From a virus (Duplodnaviria > Caudoviricetes), in IMG/VR virus record IMGVR_UViG_3300012041_000025, positions 1 through 53,180 of that record: a stretch of DNA of 53,180 nt. One strand, given 5' to 3'. The notes below the pieces were generated by a model. It ran no database searches. It saw nothing but the letters and a program-made list of their open reading frames with translations, and was not told the origin of the DNA. Position 1 is the first letter of the stretch. Each line of letters begins with the position of its first letter. This document shows, one piece after another, positions 16,510 to 26,605 of the stretch. A program made the position numbers and the translations under genes.

Positions 16510-18002
16510 TGTACTCCACGGCTTAAACTATCTTGAAAAGACTCGACTATCGAATTTAAACCAGCTGCTTCTGTTGCAGTTAATGAACTTCCAATAGTTA
16601 CAAAAGCAACTTCTCTATCTGAAAACACCTGAGCTCCATTGTTTACAGAAGATATTTTAAGACTATTCGTACTTAATGTCCCGCTTGCATCTGAGCTACT
16701 TTGCAAAACTGCACCATTTCTATAAACTGCTCTTGCATTTGATGCCGTTCTGCTTAATATGAAAAATCCAAGTGAAGTTGTATTTGCCACTGTGCCATAG
16801 CTTACATCATTATCATTTATATTATAAACTAATTCATTAACAGTAGTTCTTATTACAAGTCGAACCATTGATAATTCTTCACCAATATCAATATTATTCT
16901 GCGCTATGTTTGTTCTTGAATAAAAAGAAACGTGGGCACTATTAAGCGATAACACTGCGCTTGGGGTTAAAAATGTATCTGCAGAAGTATCTACCCCGTT
17001 GGGGAGTGCACCAGTTGATGAATGGGTCCATCCTCCGTAAAAGACTAATCGAAACGCTGCATCTGAGTCAACCGGGTTTTTTAAATTCCATTTATGTTTG
17101 GCTGCCGTACCTCCAATGAAAGGATATATCGCATTACACTTCGTCCAAAGACCTGCCCCTTTCAAAGCTCCAACTAATTGATTAATGGAGTTCTTATGCA
17201 AATCGCTACTTAACCCTGTCGTATCTATGAAAGTCTGTGCATCGGTGTCAAAGGGAGTAATCCCTAAATTTCTGAGGCCTGCACCTATCACTAATCTTTT
17301 TGAACGATATGGTTGTTCAATGTTTCGTGGTATAAATTCTCCAGGGGGAAATTCCCAAAATGTTATGAGCCTGGTTGCAGCACCATCACTTGCTGACATA
17401 TTCTGACTAACATTTGCTAATGTAGCAATAGATGTTTGAATGTTATACGCATAACTACTGCTTGAATCCTGCCCGGCCAAATTTCTGTATTGTGCCGATA
17501 AACTTGTTTTAACCCATCCACTGCCTGATAGAGATCCAAATGTGTTATCATCGGAGGTAAACCAACCAGCGATTGAAACTGTAGAGGCATGGGTCGTGGT
17601 TCTACCGGTAATTGTAATGGTAAAAGGACTAGCTGGAGCGGCAATGTCTGCATATGTTGCTGCTTCATACCCAAAAATGTACCCCGGGCCAGTTGGGGCA
17701 AAAACTAACATAATCAATGATAAATTAACTGTTCCGGTATAATCAAAAACCGGGTCGGTTGTCCAAGTACCATTAAAAACACACCAGTATGTTTCACCCC
17801 ATCCATTTGACAGCTTCGTCCATGTTTGTCCAGCAGCGTTACTTACCGAATGACTGGATGTACCGGCTCTGTCAACCGAAAACACGACACACAACTGACC
17901 TGCAACCATGCTGGCTACTGGCGTAATGGACAATGTTGGATTACCATCAGCAGTACCATTATCAGCCGGGTTACTTGTTGCACCAAATAACGTAATAGCC
18001 AT
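16506..18002 (-). CDS. Two-domain virion protein, possible lectin-like receptor-binding protein
   Basis: Beta-rich N-terminal domain. C-terminal DTDAQTFI..GLWTK..IYPFIGGTAAKHKWNLKNP domain typical of phage structural proteins. Confidence 0.55.
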   Translation of the reverse strand: MAITLFGATSNPADNGTADGNPTLSITPVASMVAGQLCVVFSVDRAGTSSHSVSNAAGQTWTKLSNGWGETYWCVFNGTWTTDPVFDYTGTVNLSLIMLVFAPTGPGYIFGYEAATYADIAAPASPFTITITGRTTTHASTVSIAGWFTSDDNTFGSLSGSGWVKTSLSAQYRNLAGQDSSSSYAYNIQTSIATLANVSQNMSASDGAATRLITFWEFPPGEFIPRNIEQPYRSKRLVIGAGLRNLGITPFDTDAQTFIDTTGLSSDLHKNSINQLVGALKGAGLWTKCNAIYPFIGGTAAKHKWNLKNPVDSDAAFRLVFYGGWTHSSTGALPNGVDTSADTFLTPSAVLSLNSAHVSFYSRTNIAQNNIDIGEELSMVRLVIRTTVNELVYNINDNDVSYGTVANTTSLGFFILSRTASNARAVYRNGAVLQSSSDASGTLSTNSLKISSVNNGAQVFSDREVAFVTIGSSLTATEAAGLNSIVESFQDSLSRGVQ

Positions 18003-18289
18003 TAGCGAAGTGTTTTTAATTTTCCTTTCTCATAATCATCAAGCCTCTTCTCAAATGGATAGCAGGTATGGCATGCATGGCTTCCACAAGTGACACCGCC
18101 GCAGCTATTGCACCAGCCCCTTATCTTGCCGCTGCCAACTACCGGTATCCAAACATGACCACAATGCACACAACGAAGCGTATCAGCCAGGTGCATACCA
18201 TCCAAGATAATTGCGCCACTTGGCTTTCTCACACTTTCGGCTTCAAACTTTTGGCTGCCACCGATAATTAATATATCCGATGCTTTCAT
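18002..18289 (-). CDS. Cys/His-rich zinc-finger-like protein
   Basis: CVHC..CNSC..C..HAC..C. Confidence 0.65.
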   Translation of the reverse strand: MKASDILIIGGSQKFEAESVRKPSGAIILDGMHLADTLRCVHCGHVWIPVVGSGKIRGWCNSCGGVTCGSHACHTCYPFEKRLDDYEKGKLKTLR

Positions 18290-18300
18290 GCCAATATGTT

Positions 18301-18747
18301 TTATTCCTGCCAGTAAAAAGAAACATTGATGTTTGGTGTACCGCCCGATGCAATACTTTCCAAGCCTACCCAGTTGTCACTCGTTGCGGGAACGATAATC
18401 TCACCATCAGGTACCGCTACCCATCGAAAGGTCGCCCTCTGATTCAACGCGATATTCATCAGCGATGTACTTGATGTTTTTGTCTGTCCGGTAAATGTTC
18501 CCACTTCAAGGCTTAATAGTGATGCGGGATCAGCCGGATCCAACGCCCTTGGTGTTACGGTTGTAGTGGGCGTACCCGAAACAGTACCACGAATGATATT
18601 GAACTCGGTCGCAATATCTGCAGGCGAAGCATCTGAACCAATAATCAGGTCATAGATTCGTCCCCTGGTTGTCGTTGCTGCCACCACTTCTGCAATGGTT
18701 AAGTTAGTGCCAGCCGCCGTTTGGCCGTCCGCTGCATATCTACGCAT
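18301..18747 (-). CDS. Putative virion structural protein (148 aa)
   Basis: T/A/G-rich beta protein in the tail block. Confidence 0.55.
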   Translation of the reverse strand: MRRYAADGQTAAGTNLTIAEVVAATTTRGRIYDLIIGSDASPADIATEFNIIRGTVSGTPTTTVTPRALDPADPASLLSLEVGTFTGQTKTSSTSLMNIALNQRATFRWVAVPDGEIIVPATSDNWVGLESIASGGTPNINVSFYWQE

Positions 18748-18767
18748 AATTTTAGTTTTTTAATTTA

Positions 18768-19193
18768 TTAAACGATTGTTGCAATGCCTGTGGTGAAGTC
18801 AATAGTAAGGGTTTCACCGTTGGCCAACGTCAGGTCACTTCCATAATCCCACCATCCTATCAAAGGATCTGCCGGCGATGTCGGATCATCATTATAGATC
18901 ACTACATACCTGAATGCTGCCACTGCTCCACCCGATGCCGTTAGCACCAGGTCATCTGCTGTGATCGTTACTGTACCTGATGCATGCTCTGCCGTTACTC
19001 CTGTTATTATACGGGAAGAAAGGTTCGTATACGAGATCTGCGTAAGGTTGGCTAATATCGAATTCGATGCTACCGGTGCATTGGCAGCAGCGCAAAGTGC
19101 TACTGTAATGGTGCTAGTAGCGTCCGATGTGAAGTTGTGAACACCTTTACAAAGATCTTCGACAAATTGCTGGAACTTATTAAAGCTGGCCAT
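18768..19193 (-). CDS. Putative virion structural or fibre-anchor protein (141 aa)
   Basis: MASFNKF..FRYVVIYND..LIGWWDYG..LANGETLTIDF family pattern. Confidence 0.6.
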   Translation of the reverse strand: MASFNKFQQFVEDLCKGVHNFTSDATSTITVALCAAANAPVASNSILANLTQISYTNLSSRIITGVTAEHASGTVTITADDLVLTASGGAVAAFRYVVIYNDDPTSPADPLIGWWDYGSDLTLANGETLTIDFTTGIATIV

Positions 19194-19227
19194 AGTGTTG
19201 AGTTTTAATTATTATTAAAATTTTTAG

Positions 19228-19725
19228 TTATTGTTTATTGAATCTAAAAGCTATTGTGACTTTGTTTACATCGCTGGCACTGTCAACATTGAATGCCCAG
19301 ATATCACCCTCTAAAACTGTGGTCGAAAAGCTTGTCAAGGTTAAATCCTGGTTCTTTTGAGTGTTGAATAATGTCGGTTTTTCGCTCCCTGCAATCGTAT
19401 CGTCAACCGTTGGCGCGAAATTTCCGTAATTATCTTTCCAAACATCCACAACGATATCGCCCACTTGATCGGCTAATATTGTCCATCCGGTTATTGTTGC
19501 GGCAAACCCCCATTCAATAAAACCCTTTAATCCGGTAGTAATAACTGAGCTGCCGCCGTCAATGACGAAATTCAAAGACCCTTCCGATGGTCCTGTTGGT
19601 CCCGGATCTCCTTTCTCACCCACCGCACTGACATTCACCAACACGGGTTGCGCCGCCGGCATCGTTACATTGATACTCACCGGTGTGAGAGCAGGCTGTA
19701 TAATATTGATGAGCGTTGTATCCAT
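19228..19725 (-). CDS. Virion protein with short collagen-like segment
   Basis: GEKGDPGPTGP followed by a beta domain. Confidence 0.55.
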   Translation of the reverse strand: MDTTLINIIQPALTPVSINVTMPAAQPVLVNVSAVGEKGDPGPTGPSEGSLNFVIDGGSSVITTGLKGFIEWGFAATITGWTILADQVGDIVVDVWKDNYGNFAPTVDDTIAGSEKPTLFNTQKNQDLTLTSFSTTVLEGDIWAFNVDSASDVNKVTIAFRFNKQ

Positions 19726-20078
19726 TATCGGGTGATATCATTTACGATTTCAAAAGTTCCTTCCACATACGTATTCGTGACACCATTGGCCAGCACTACA
19801 TTCAAGTCATATAAATATTTGGCGGCTTCCACTTCCATCTGCAAGCCTGTCTTGACTCCCATGTTGATGATATTGGAAGAGGGACCGGAGATAGTGATGC
19901 TGCCATCTGCAGTGGACCATTCTAATACTGACGCCACTCCAGCCTTTCTGCGCAACTGTATTTTTATGGTGGCTCCGGTAAAATCAACCGGGACACTATT
20001 TAGCGATACTTCAAACTGATGACCATTAAACGTGTCGCCACGTTTGTGAGGTTTAAAGTTGTATACGCCTGGTGTCAT
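19725..20078 (-). CDS. BppU-N-like baseplate adaptor
   Basis: KRGDTF, PVDFTGATIK, YLYDL..TYVEGTFEI..DITR. Confidence 0.65.
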   Translation of the reverse strand: MTPGVYNFKPHKRGDTFNGHQFEVSLNSVPVDFTGATIKIQLRRKAGVASVLEWSTADGSITISGPSSNIINMGVKTGLQMEVEAAKYLYDLNVVLANGVTNTYVEGTFEIVNDITR

Positions 20079-20096
20079 ATTGTTGTCGTTAACTGA

Positions 20097-23000
20097 TTAT
20101 ATAATTTTTATTCCTTTCACTTCATACCAGAACTGCAATTTTTCCAATAACATGTTCATCCGGACGATCTGTGTACCGGTATTCACCTGGATCATATTCA
20201 TCGTGGTTAGTTGCACCCTGGCGATATTCAATTGTTCAAGGGCAGTGATCCTTAGACCACCAAACTGACCAGCGAGCAGATCCGCTTGTGTCTCTGTTAT
20301 TCCTTTGATAGCGCCGGTAAGGTTTCGACCCTGCCCGCCTGATCCAGCTGCCAGGTCAATCCCGCTGATCTGCTGCAATTGGTCAAACTGTGCCTGCGCA
20401 TTGGTGATAATGGAATTGTATAACGATTGCAGCTGGTCGATTTCACTGCTGGTTAGTTGGTCACCTGATTGAGCAGCGCCGGCAAACTCTTCAAAGAAAG
20501 CCTGCAAAGGACCTTCGAGGAAACGGAGTTTTAGCGACTCGATCATGGCATTGCGCATCAGGTCCTTGAAGTTGTCGGCGAAATCGGATGCGCTGCGCTT
20601 GCCGCTGGCAAAACCATCAGCAATGCTGTCCACAATTGAATCAGCCGTGGTACCGGTGAAGATCTCCTTCGCGGCTTCCGCATTTTCCGCCAGCAAGCCA
20701 TCGATGTCGGCGCCTTCCTGTTTTATTTTCCGCAGGATTTCAAACAACTCCTTGGCGCGACCGGTCAGCTTTCCTTCCGAGAATAGTTTTTCCATTTCAT
20801 CAAAGGATAGTCCATTCAGCGTTTCGCGGATCTCCACGGTCTTCGTCTTGCGACCAATACCTAATACGCCACCTGATTTTTTTGTCACCAGGTCGGCCAC
20901 AAAGGTTTCCTGGTTCAGCTGCGATAGTATTTGATCATACTGGCTGAGGATGGCATTTTTCTGTTCCTCCAGTAATCTTTTTTCTGACTGCAGTCCCTCC
21001 AGCTTGAGCTCATTGAGTTTGGCCTGCTCCCGCTGACGGTTGCGGTATTCCTGCGTGATATCAATTTCTCCTGATAATATCCGCTGGTTAAAGTCCAGGA
21101 TCTCCTGCTCAGCCTGTTTGCGACTTTCTTTAGCCTTCTTACCGATGGAGAAAAGTCCGACGATAGCACTGACGGCACTACCAATACCACCGATGATATT
21201 ACCGGAAGCGAACTGTGCAATAGCACCCGCCGCATTGGCGGCGACACCAGTAATATCTGACAAGGTTTGCAGCGTATCGGCTAACCCATCATTAAGTCCT
21301 TCTAAAGCTCCGGCGAGATTACCAAAGATGCCACTGACAGAAGCCAGGTCCCCCGCTAATTGATTATATTTTTTTGCCGTGGCATTGGTAGAGTCGAGTA
21401 AGCCATTATACTGATCGATGACACCCTGGATATCGGCTTTCATCTGTGGCGTCAGCGAGGTATCATCCTTCAGTTGCTTTTGAAAATCTTTTATCTGCTG
21501 TTTAATGGTTTCCCGGGAGAAGCCTAAAATATCCTGGTTAAGTTTTTTATAGAGGGCCGATTTGCGGATGAGGTCATTATTTAATTGATCCAGCTCTTCC
21601 TGGCGGCCCTCTTTCAATAATCTTTTCCGCTCAGCAACCTCTTCAACTGTTAGTTCTTTGGACAATGTTTTTTCTAGCCGATCATATTTCTCATTGACGG
21701 CTCCCTTCTGCTGGTTGAAGGTTGACGTGGCGGTCAACAGCTCAATAAATTGCCGCTTTTGTTCCTCGATATTTTCCTCGTATTTTTTCTTATTGTAAGC
21801 ATTCACCTGGTCGGTGATGGCTTTGAACTTCTCTATCTCCCCAACATTGGCGATACCAAATTGTATCTTCGGCAGCAGGCGTAAACCTTCCTCCTGCAGT
21901 AATTTCAGGAAGGACTCATAGCCTTTCGTCTGCTCCGCAAATAACTCCTTCGTTTTTTCAATGCCCACCTGTTTTTTGGCTTCTTCGAATTGTTCAAAAA
22001 CCCGTTGCTTATCTTCCAGGCTTTTTTTAAACTTCTCGGCATCGGCCCTTAGCGTCGCATTGTCCAATTCGGTGGTACGGGCCTGGTTTAATTCAACGAT
22101 GGCAACCTGGCCAATTTGCTGCACCTGCTTTTTAGGGTTGGTCTTATTAAAGGCCTGCACCTTTTTATTATACTCATCAATGTTATCGATCAACGCATCA
22201 TACCGCTCATTGATCTTATCGAGTTCCGTTTGTTCTTTGGTGCGATTGGTAACCGCAGCATCTTTGACGCGATCGGCGATCTGCTCCAGCAGGTCCTTCC
22301 TTTTTTCCAGCAATGCCAGCGCTTTGTTATCCTCGGCGTTCTGGGCACGTGTTTCAGCTTTCGTTTCGCCAACAATTCGTTTACGTTCCTCTTCCAGTTT
22401 ATTGATGCTCGCCTGGTATTGCTGGTATTGCACGGAAGAGGTAGAAAAATTGCGTTGCTTTTCTTTTTCCGCTTTGATCTCCTCATCAATTACCGCCAGG
22501 GTGCGGAGCTTCGCTTCCTGTTTGACGGTTTCCGCTTTCACCTGCACGGATCCTAATTCTTCACTGACTTTTTTTTGCGCTTCCAAGTCGGCGAGCAATA
22601 CTTTCTGATCCGTGCCGGATTCAACGATGGAAAACTGGAGCAAACCGATACCTTCCTTATCGCCTGATTTTTTTAGATCCGATAGCTTTTTATTGAGCTC
22701 CTCCTGTTTTTTAATTTTCCGGTCGATGGACTTTTGGATCTCCTGCTCATTCTTTATGCTGGCCTGCAGCGCTTCTTTATTCGCTTCCAGGGCATACTGG
22801 TTTCGTAACGCAGTAAGATATCCCTTTACACGTTCTGTGATATTTTCATAGGCGATCGTTTTAGCATTCAGTCCTTCGACGATCTTGGGATCAATTTCTT
22901 TGAGCTTATTGTAAATGTTGATCCTTTCCTCTTCAGAAAGGTTAGCATTCTTTAACGCTTCGACATAAGGCCGGATCTTCGCTTCCTGGTCGGCCATCGA

Positions 23001-24158
23001 ATCAGCGACTTTTTCCTGCGCATCAGCCAGTAGTTCGGCTTTTGATTTTGCCAGCGTGGCTTGTTTTCCGAATACGGCCAGCGCACTGACCAGTAACCCT
23101 ATGCCAGCCGCTACAGCCACCGCCGGATTAGCCAGCATGGTTCTGTTTAACAAGGCCTGCGCCCCCTGGGCTATCTGCAATGCCTTTGCTTTTAAGAAAA
23201 GCGCAACCGTCAAACCCTGCTCTCTTGCCGCCGAGATGGCACTCAATGCGTTGGTGGCAATAATCGCAGCGCGATAAGATCCATACGTGATCACCAGGAC
23301 TTTCAGGATATCGATGATCGTCTGGTAATTGTCGACAAGGAACTTCACTGAGCTGATGGCGTCGGCAAATATGCCTTCTCCACTCCTGCCAATTTCGTTC
23401 AGCATCTGGCTAAAGGCGTCCCGCAGGTTACTGATCTGGCCCAAAAGTGTTTTGCTTTGCGCTTCCATCAAGCCACCGAATTGAGATCCTTCGGCGGTCA
23501 AGTTCTTAAAGACCTGTTCGATCTCCGGGAATCCTACTTTGCCGGCTTCAATAAAATCCTGGACTCTATCAGTTGTGACGTCAAAGATTTTAGCCAACTC
23601 CTGGTAGATAGGAATACCGCGTTGTGCAAACTGCCTAACGTCCACGGTCATCGCACGTCCCTGCGTTTTGATAGTCCCAAACAGGTAAGCGATCTCACCC
23701 AAAGGTGCGCCAATCCCGGAGCTGATATCACCCAGGCTTCGTAGCGTGTCTTTTACTTTATCGGAGGAAATGCCAAAGGCGAGGAGTTGTTTGGTAGCGG
23801 CCGCAACATCCTTTAATTCAAAAGGAGTCGTCGCTGCAAACTCGGTGATCTCTGCCAGCAGCTGATCAGCTTTTTGCTTGCTGCCCAGCATGGTTTCGAA
23901 CGCGACTTCCAGTTGCTGGAATTCACCTCTGACCCGAACAATATCGGACACAAAGTTGGTGGCGGCCGCAAAGCTGGCATACGCCGCTATGGCCGTGGCG
24001 GATTTGCGAACCAGGCTATCAATAGCGCCGGCTTCTTTATTGGCTGTTTCAGTAAGACCGGCCAGCTGGCGCTCGATGCTGCCAATGGCCGCATTGAACT
24101 GCGACGCATTGATGACTGCATCAAACTGGAGCGCTCCCCCATTTACACTTACTGCCAT
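20097..24158 (-). CDS. Tape measure protein
   Basis: 1353 aa helical; FETMLGS..FAATTPF tape-measure domain; hydrophobic segments. Confidence 0.95.
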   Translation of the reverse strand: MAVSVNGGALQFDAVINASQFNAAIGSIERQLAGLTETANKEAGAIDSLVRKSATAIAAYASFAAATNFVSDIVRVRGEFQQLEVAFETMLGSKQKADQLLAEITEFAATTPFELKDVAAATKQLLAFGISSDKVKDTLRSLGDISSGIGAPLGEIAYLFGTIKTQGRAMTVDVRQFAQRGIPIYQELAKIFDVTTDRVQDFIEAGKVGFPEIEQVFKNLTAEGSQFGGLMEAQSKTLLGQISNLRDAFSQMLNEIGRSGEGIFADAISSVKFLVDNYQTIIDILKVLVITYGSYRAAIIATNALSAISAAREQGLTVALFLKAKALQIAQGAQALLNRTMLANPAVAVAAGIGLLVSALAVFGKQATLAKSKAELLADAQEKVADSMADQEAKIRPYVEALKNANLSEEERINIYNKLKEIDPKIVEGLNAKTIAYENITERVKGYLTALRNQYALEANKEALQASIKNEQEIQKSIDRKIKKQEELNKKLSDLKKSGDKEGIGLLQFSIVESGTDQKVLLADLEAQKKVSEELGSVQVKAETVKQEAKLRTLAVIDEEIKAEKEKQRNFSTSSVQYQQYQASINKLEEERKRIVGETKAETRAQNAEDNKALALLEKRKDLLEQIADRVKDAAVTNRTKEQTELDKINERYDALIDNIDEYNKKVQAFNKTNPKKQVQQIGQVAIVELNQARTTELDNATLRADAEKFKKSLEDKQRVFEQFEEAKKQVGIEKTKELFAEQTKGYESFLKLLQEEGLRLLPKIQFGIANVGEIEKFKAITDQVNAYNKKKYEENIEEQKRQFIELLTATSTFNQQKGAVNEKYDRLEKTLSKELTVEEVAERKRLLKEGRQEELDQLNNDLIRKSALYKKLNQDILGFSRETIKQQIKDFQKQLKDDTSLTPQMKADIQGVIDQYNGLLDSTNATAKKYNQLAGDLASVSGIFGNLAGALEGLNDGLADTLQTLSDITGVAANAAGAIAQFASGNIIGGIGSAVSAIVGLFSIGKKAKESRKQAEQEILDFNQRILSGEIDITQEYRNRQREQAKLNELKLEGLQSEKRLLEEQKNAILSQYDQILSQLNQETFVADLVTKKSGGVLGIGRKTKTVEIRETLNGLSFDEMEKLFSEGKLTGRAKELFEILRKIKQEGADIDGLLAENAEAAKEIFTGTTADSIVDSIADGFASGKRSASDFADNFKDLMRNAMIESLKLRFLEGPLQAFFEEFAGAAQSGDQLTSSEIDQLQSLYNSIITNAQAQFDQLQQISGIDLAAGSGGQGRNLTGAIKGITETQADLLAGQFGGLRITALEQLNIARVQLTTMNMIQVNTGTQIVRMNMLLEKLQFWYEVKGIKII

Positions 24159-24369
24159 AGTGATTGGTCTTTAAAAATATCATCGAACGTATATTCTTCA
24201 TTCCCTTCCTCCGTTTCCCGGTCCTCCGGGTTCTCATACACCGGTATGGTGGCCAGCAGCATGTTCAGGTTGGTAAAACTGATCTGCCATAGCACATACT
24301 CCCACGTGAACCGAAAGTATTTTATCACCGCACCGATGAGGTGCCAGGGGCTATTTTCTCCCCCACTTA
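24149..24369 (-). CDS. Tail assembly chaperone T-frame (gpGT-like, probably reached by -1 frameshift)
   Basis: -1 frame open from ~24556 to the stop at 24149; encodes SPWHLIGAVIKYFRFTWEYVLWQISFTNLNML... Confidence 0.6.
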
Positions 24370-24906
24370 CAGGCTCACCCCGCTGCCGTTTACAATTGTC
24401 GCAGGAGCAGGTTTCCCATTCTCCAGAACATTCAGGCCTTTTACTGAGATGATAGAGCGCATAAAATTCGTCAGGTCCATTTGTTGCAGCACCAGGGCCA
24501 ATACGCCCTGCATTTCGTGCGTCGTGAAGTTCTCCATGATGAAGTTGACCATGGACTTACTGGCCGGCTGGCGGTTATTCTGAAAAGCAATGGCAATGAT
24601 CTCCGCCATCTGTTCCGTGTGTTTTTCAATCGCCTCATAATTCATCTGCAGCAGGGCGCCTTCTTTGCCGTCCAGGGACTGCCCGGGTAAGCGCAGGTGG
24701 ATACCGAGTAACAACTTAGAGATCCGGATCAGGCTGCCCAGGGTGATCGGCGCCAGCAAAAAGACCCGTTGCTTTGGCCGTACGCCCCATGTTTGCAAGC
24801 GGCCATGGATCTTACCCTGCGGACGGATATCCACGGTGATGGTCAATGGCTCCTGCAGGGTGGCGTCACTGACCTGGCGCAATGTTTCTTTTGAATTTGG
24901 TTCCAT
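24367..24906 (-). CDS. Tail assembly chaperone (gpG-like)
   Basis: Position between the tail tube gene and the tape measure gene. Confidence 0.7.
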   Translation of the reverse strand: MEPNSKETLRQVSDATLQEPLTITVDIRPQGKIHGRLQTWGVRPKQRVFLLAPITLGSLIRISKLLLGIHLRLPGQSLDGKEGALLQMNYEAIEKHTEQMAEIIAIAFQNNRQPASKSMVNFIMENFTTHEMQGVLALVLQQMDLTNFMRSIISVKGLNVLENGKPAPATIVNGSGVSL

Positions 24907-24914
24907 ATTTAATT

Positions 24915-24945
24915 AAAAAGGCCATAAACTTTATGGCCTGTTTTT
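24915..24945 (-). terminator. Terminator after the major tail gene
   Basis: AGGCCATAA/TTATGGCCT stem with T tracts on both strands. Confidence 0.6.
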
Positions 24946-24964
24946 ATATAGGATTGAACAGAGA

Positions 24965-25738
24965 TTAGGCGGCAAATTTCACCGTGATCCTCTTTTCCCC
25001 GCTCTTTTCCGGCTGCAGCACCGTGGCGACGATGTCGAGCTGACCGAGCTTATCCTTGGCAAAAGAAAGGGCCATCTTGGCGCTGATCTTCGCTCTGGGT
25101 ATCAGGACAACGTTTCCTTTTTTGTCGGTGAGCTGTAATGATTTTTCCACGTCGGTGAAAGCGTCAGGGGCTTCCCATTTTTCCAGCGCCAGTACTGTTT
25201 GCACGGTGAGGATATCCTGGCTAAAACCAGTACCCGTTCCACCGATATCGGCGTTGGAGGCGGTGAGGTCATTGCCAGCGGCATATCCTTCGCCGAGGCT
25301 GGTAAACTCCACTAAGGTCACCGCGGCACCTGTGACGGTGATATTGGCTCTTGCGCCAATACCGCTACCACCTGTGAGGGCGACGTTTTCATAAAACCCT
25401 GGTGTATATCCCGTGCCCCCGGTTAATGCACCCGCGGTTAGAATCGCACCGACAGGCTGAGGGAGGTTACCGGTACCACCAAACAATTTATACAACGTGC
25501 TATACGATACGTTGTACGAGCTCCAGTTGAAAGCAATCTTTCCGGCCACAGAAACAATTGACTCAACCGGTGAATCGGATTCCTCGATGGTAAAATCTGT
25601 GACGGTATTGTCTTCCTGAGTCATGGTAGCCGTACCACTGACGGTTTCACCAACCGTCGTCAGGGTGGTACTCATGCCGCCATCGCCTGCGATAGCGCCG
25701 ATTTTAACGGATGCCAAGCCAAATATTTTCTTTGCCAT
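24965..25738 (-). CDS. Major tail (tube) protein with Gly/Thr-rich insertion
   Basis: Position; FGLASVKIG..IPRAKISAK. Confidence 0.8.
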   Translation of the reverse strand: MAKKIFGLASVKIGAIAGDGGMSTTLTTVGETVSGTATMTQEDNTVTDFTIEESDSPVESIVSVAGKIAFNWSSYNVSYSTLYKLFGGTGNLPQPVGAILTAGALTGGTGYTPGFYENVALTGGSGIGARANITVTGAAVTLVEFTSLGEGYAAGNDLTASNADIGGTGTGFSQDILTVQTVLALEKWEAPDAFTDVEKSLQLTDKKGNVVLIPRAKISAKMALSFAKDKLGQLDIVATVLQPEKSGEKRITVKFAA

Positions 25739-25751
25739 TGTAAAAGATGAT

Positions 25752-26159
25752 TTAGATGTTTAGAATAAAAAATTCGAGTTTAATATTGATGTAATGATCC
25801 GGGCTATCTTTTCCACTGACCAGTCCTTGTTCTTTGATGTCATAGTTTAAATCTTCGGTCCAGTTGTCTCTTAGTAGGTCCGCTGCCAGGCTCTCCAAAA
25901 ACTGTAGCCGGCCGTGGTTGGGCTGTTTGTCCTCGACTTCGTTCATCATTACCACCAGGTCCGGGACGTAGATGTTAACTTCGGCCAGGGCCCGCTGCAG
26001 TTGCTCATTCGAAACCGGCTGGCAACTGATCACCACATCCTCCTGGTTGCTGTCAGGATCCCGGCGATGCTTGCAAAGGCTACCCGTGATCTCCATCTCT
26101 AAATCACTACCGTCCAGTTTTTCCCATAATAGATCGACGATTTCCAGCGCTGTTTTCAT
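25752..26159 (-). CDS. Tail terminator / completion protein
   Basis: Position; EDVVI..VNIYVPD..HYINIKL. Confidence 0.7.
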   Translation of the reverse strand: MKTALEIVDLLWEKLDGSDLEMEITGSLCKHRRDPDSNQEDVVISCQPVSNEQLQRALAEVNIYVPDLVVMMNEVEDKQPNHGRLQFLESLAADLLRDNWTEDLNYDIKEQGLVSGKDSPDHYINIKLEFFILNI

Positions 26160-26605
26160 TTCAGTTTATTACCGATTTTCGATATAGCCTGTCGCAAAGA
26201 GCTTTCCGCGATACTGGCACTTTTGCTGATCACGTCGTATCCTTTTGCTTCCACCGCGGCGGCATAATCCATCCCGGCCACACCGATCAGCACAAAGCCG
26301 GTAGGGAAATTCTTTTTGGCATCACTGATGACATCCCTGGCAGCACTGACGCCCTCTTTGCCTCCCTTTCGCTCTTCGAAATTGGAATCGATCTGCACAC
26401 CATCTTTGAGGATGACATAGGCAATCGACGAACGCAGGTTACCGGTGCGGTCCGTGAAGCTGGCGCTGTTGCGGGCATTGGTGACAAATTGCTCACCGAT
26501 ACGCTGTAAGCGCAGCAGGATGGCAGCTTCAATATTACCTTTCCGCTCCTGGATCACATTGGCGATCTGCTGTCGGTTGAATTTCGGAACCAAGCTTACA
26601 GCCAT
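26156..26605 (-). CDS. Neck / tail-completion protein (HK97 gp10-like)
   Basis: DRTGNLRSSI, AGMDYAAAVE. Confidence 0.8.
   Translation of the reverse strand: MAVSLVPKFNRQQIANVIQERKGNIEAAILLRLQRIGEQFVTNARNSASFTDRTGNLRSSIAYVILKDGVQIDSNFEERKGGKEGVSAARDVISDAKKNFPTGFVLIGVAGMDYAAAVEAKGYDVISKSASIAESSLRQAISKIGNKLK

Noticed and set aside
6677-18002. Diversity-generating retroelement or invertible fibre cassette
   Set aside because: No reverse transcriptase or invertase, and no template/variable repeat pair or flanking inverted repeats were seen
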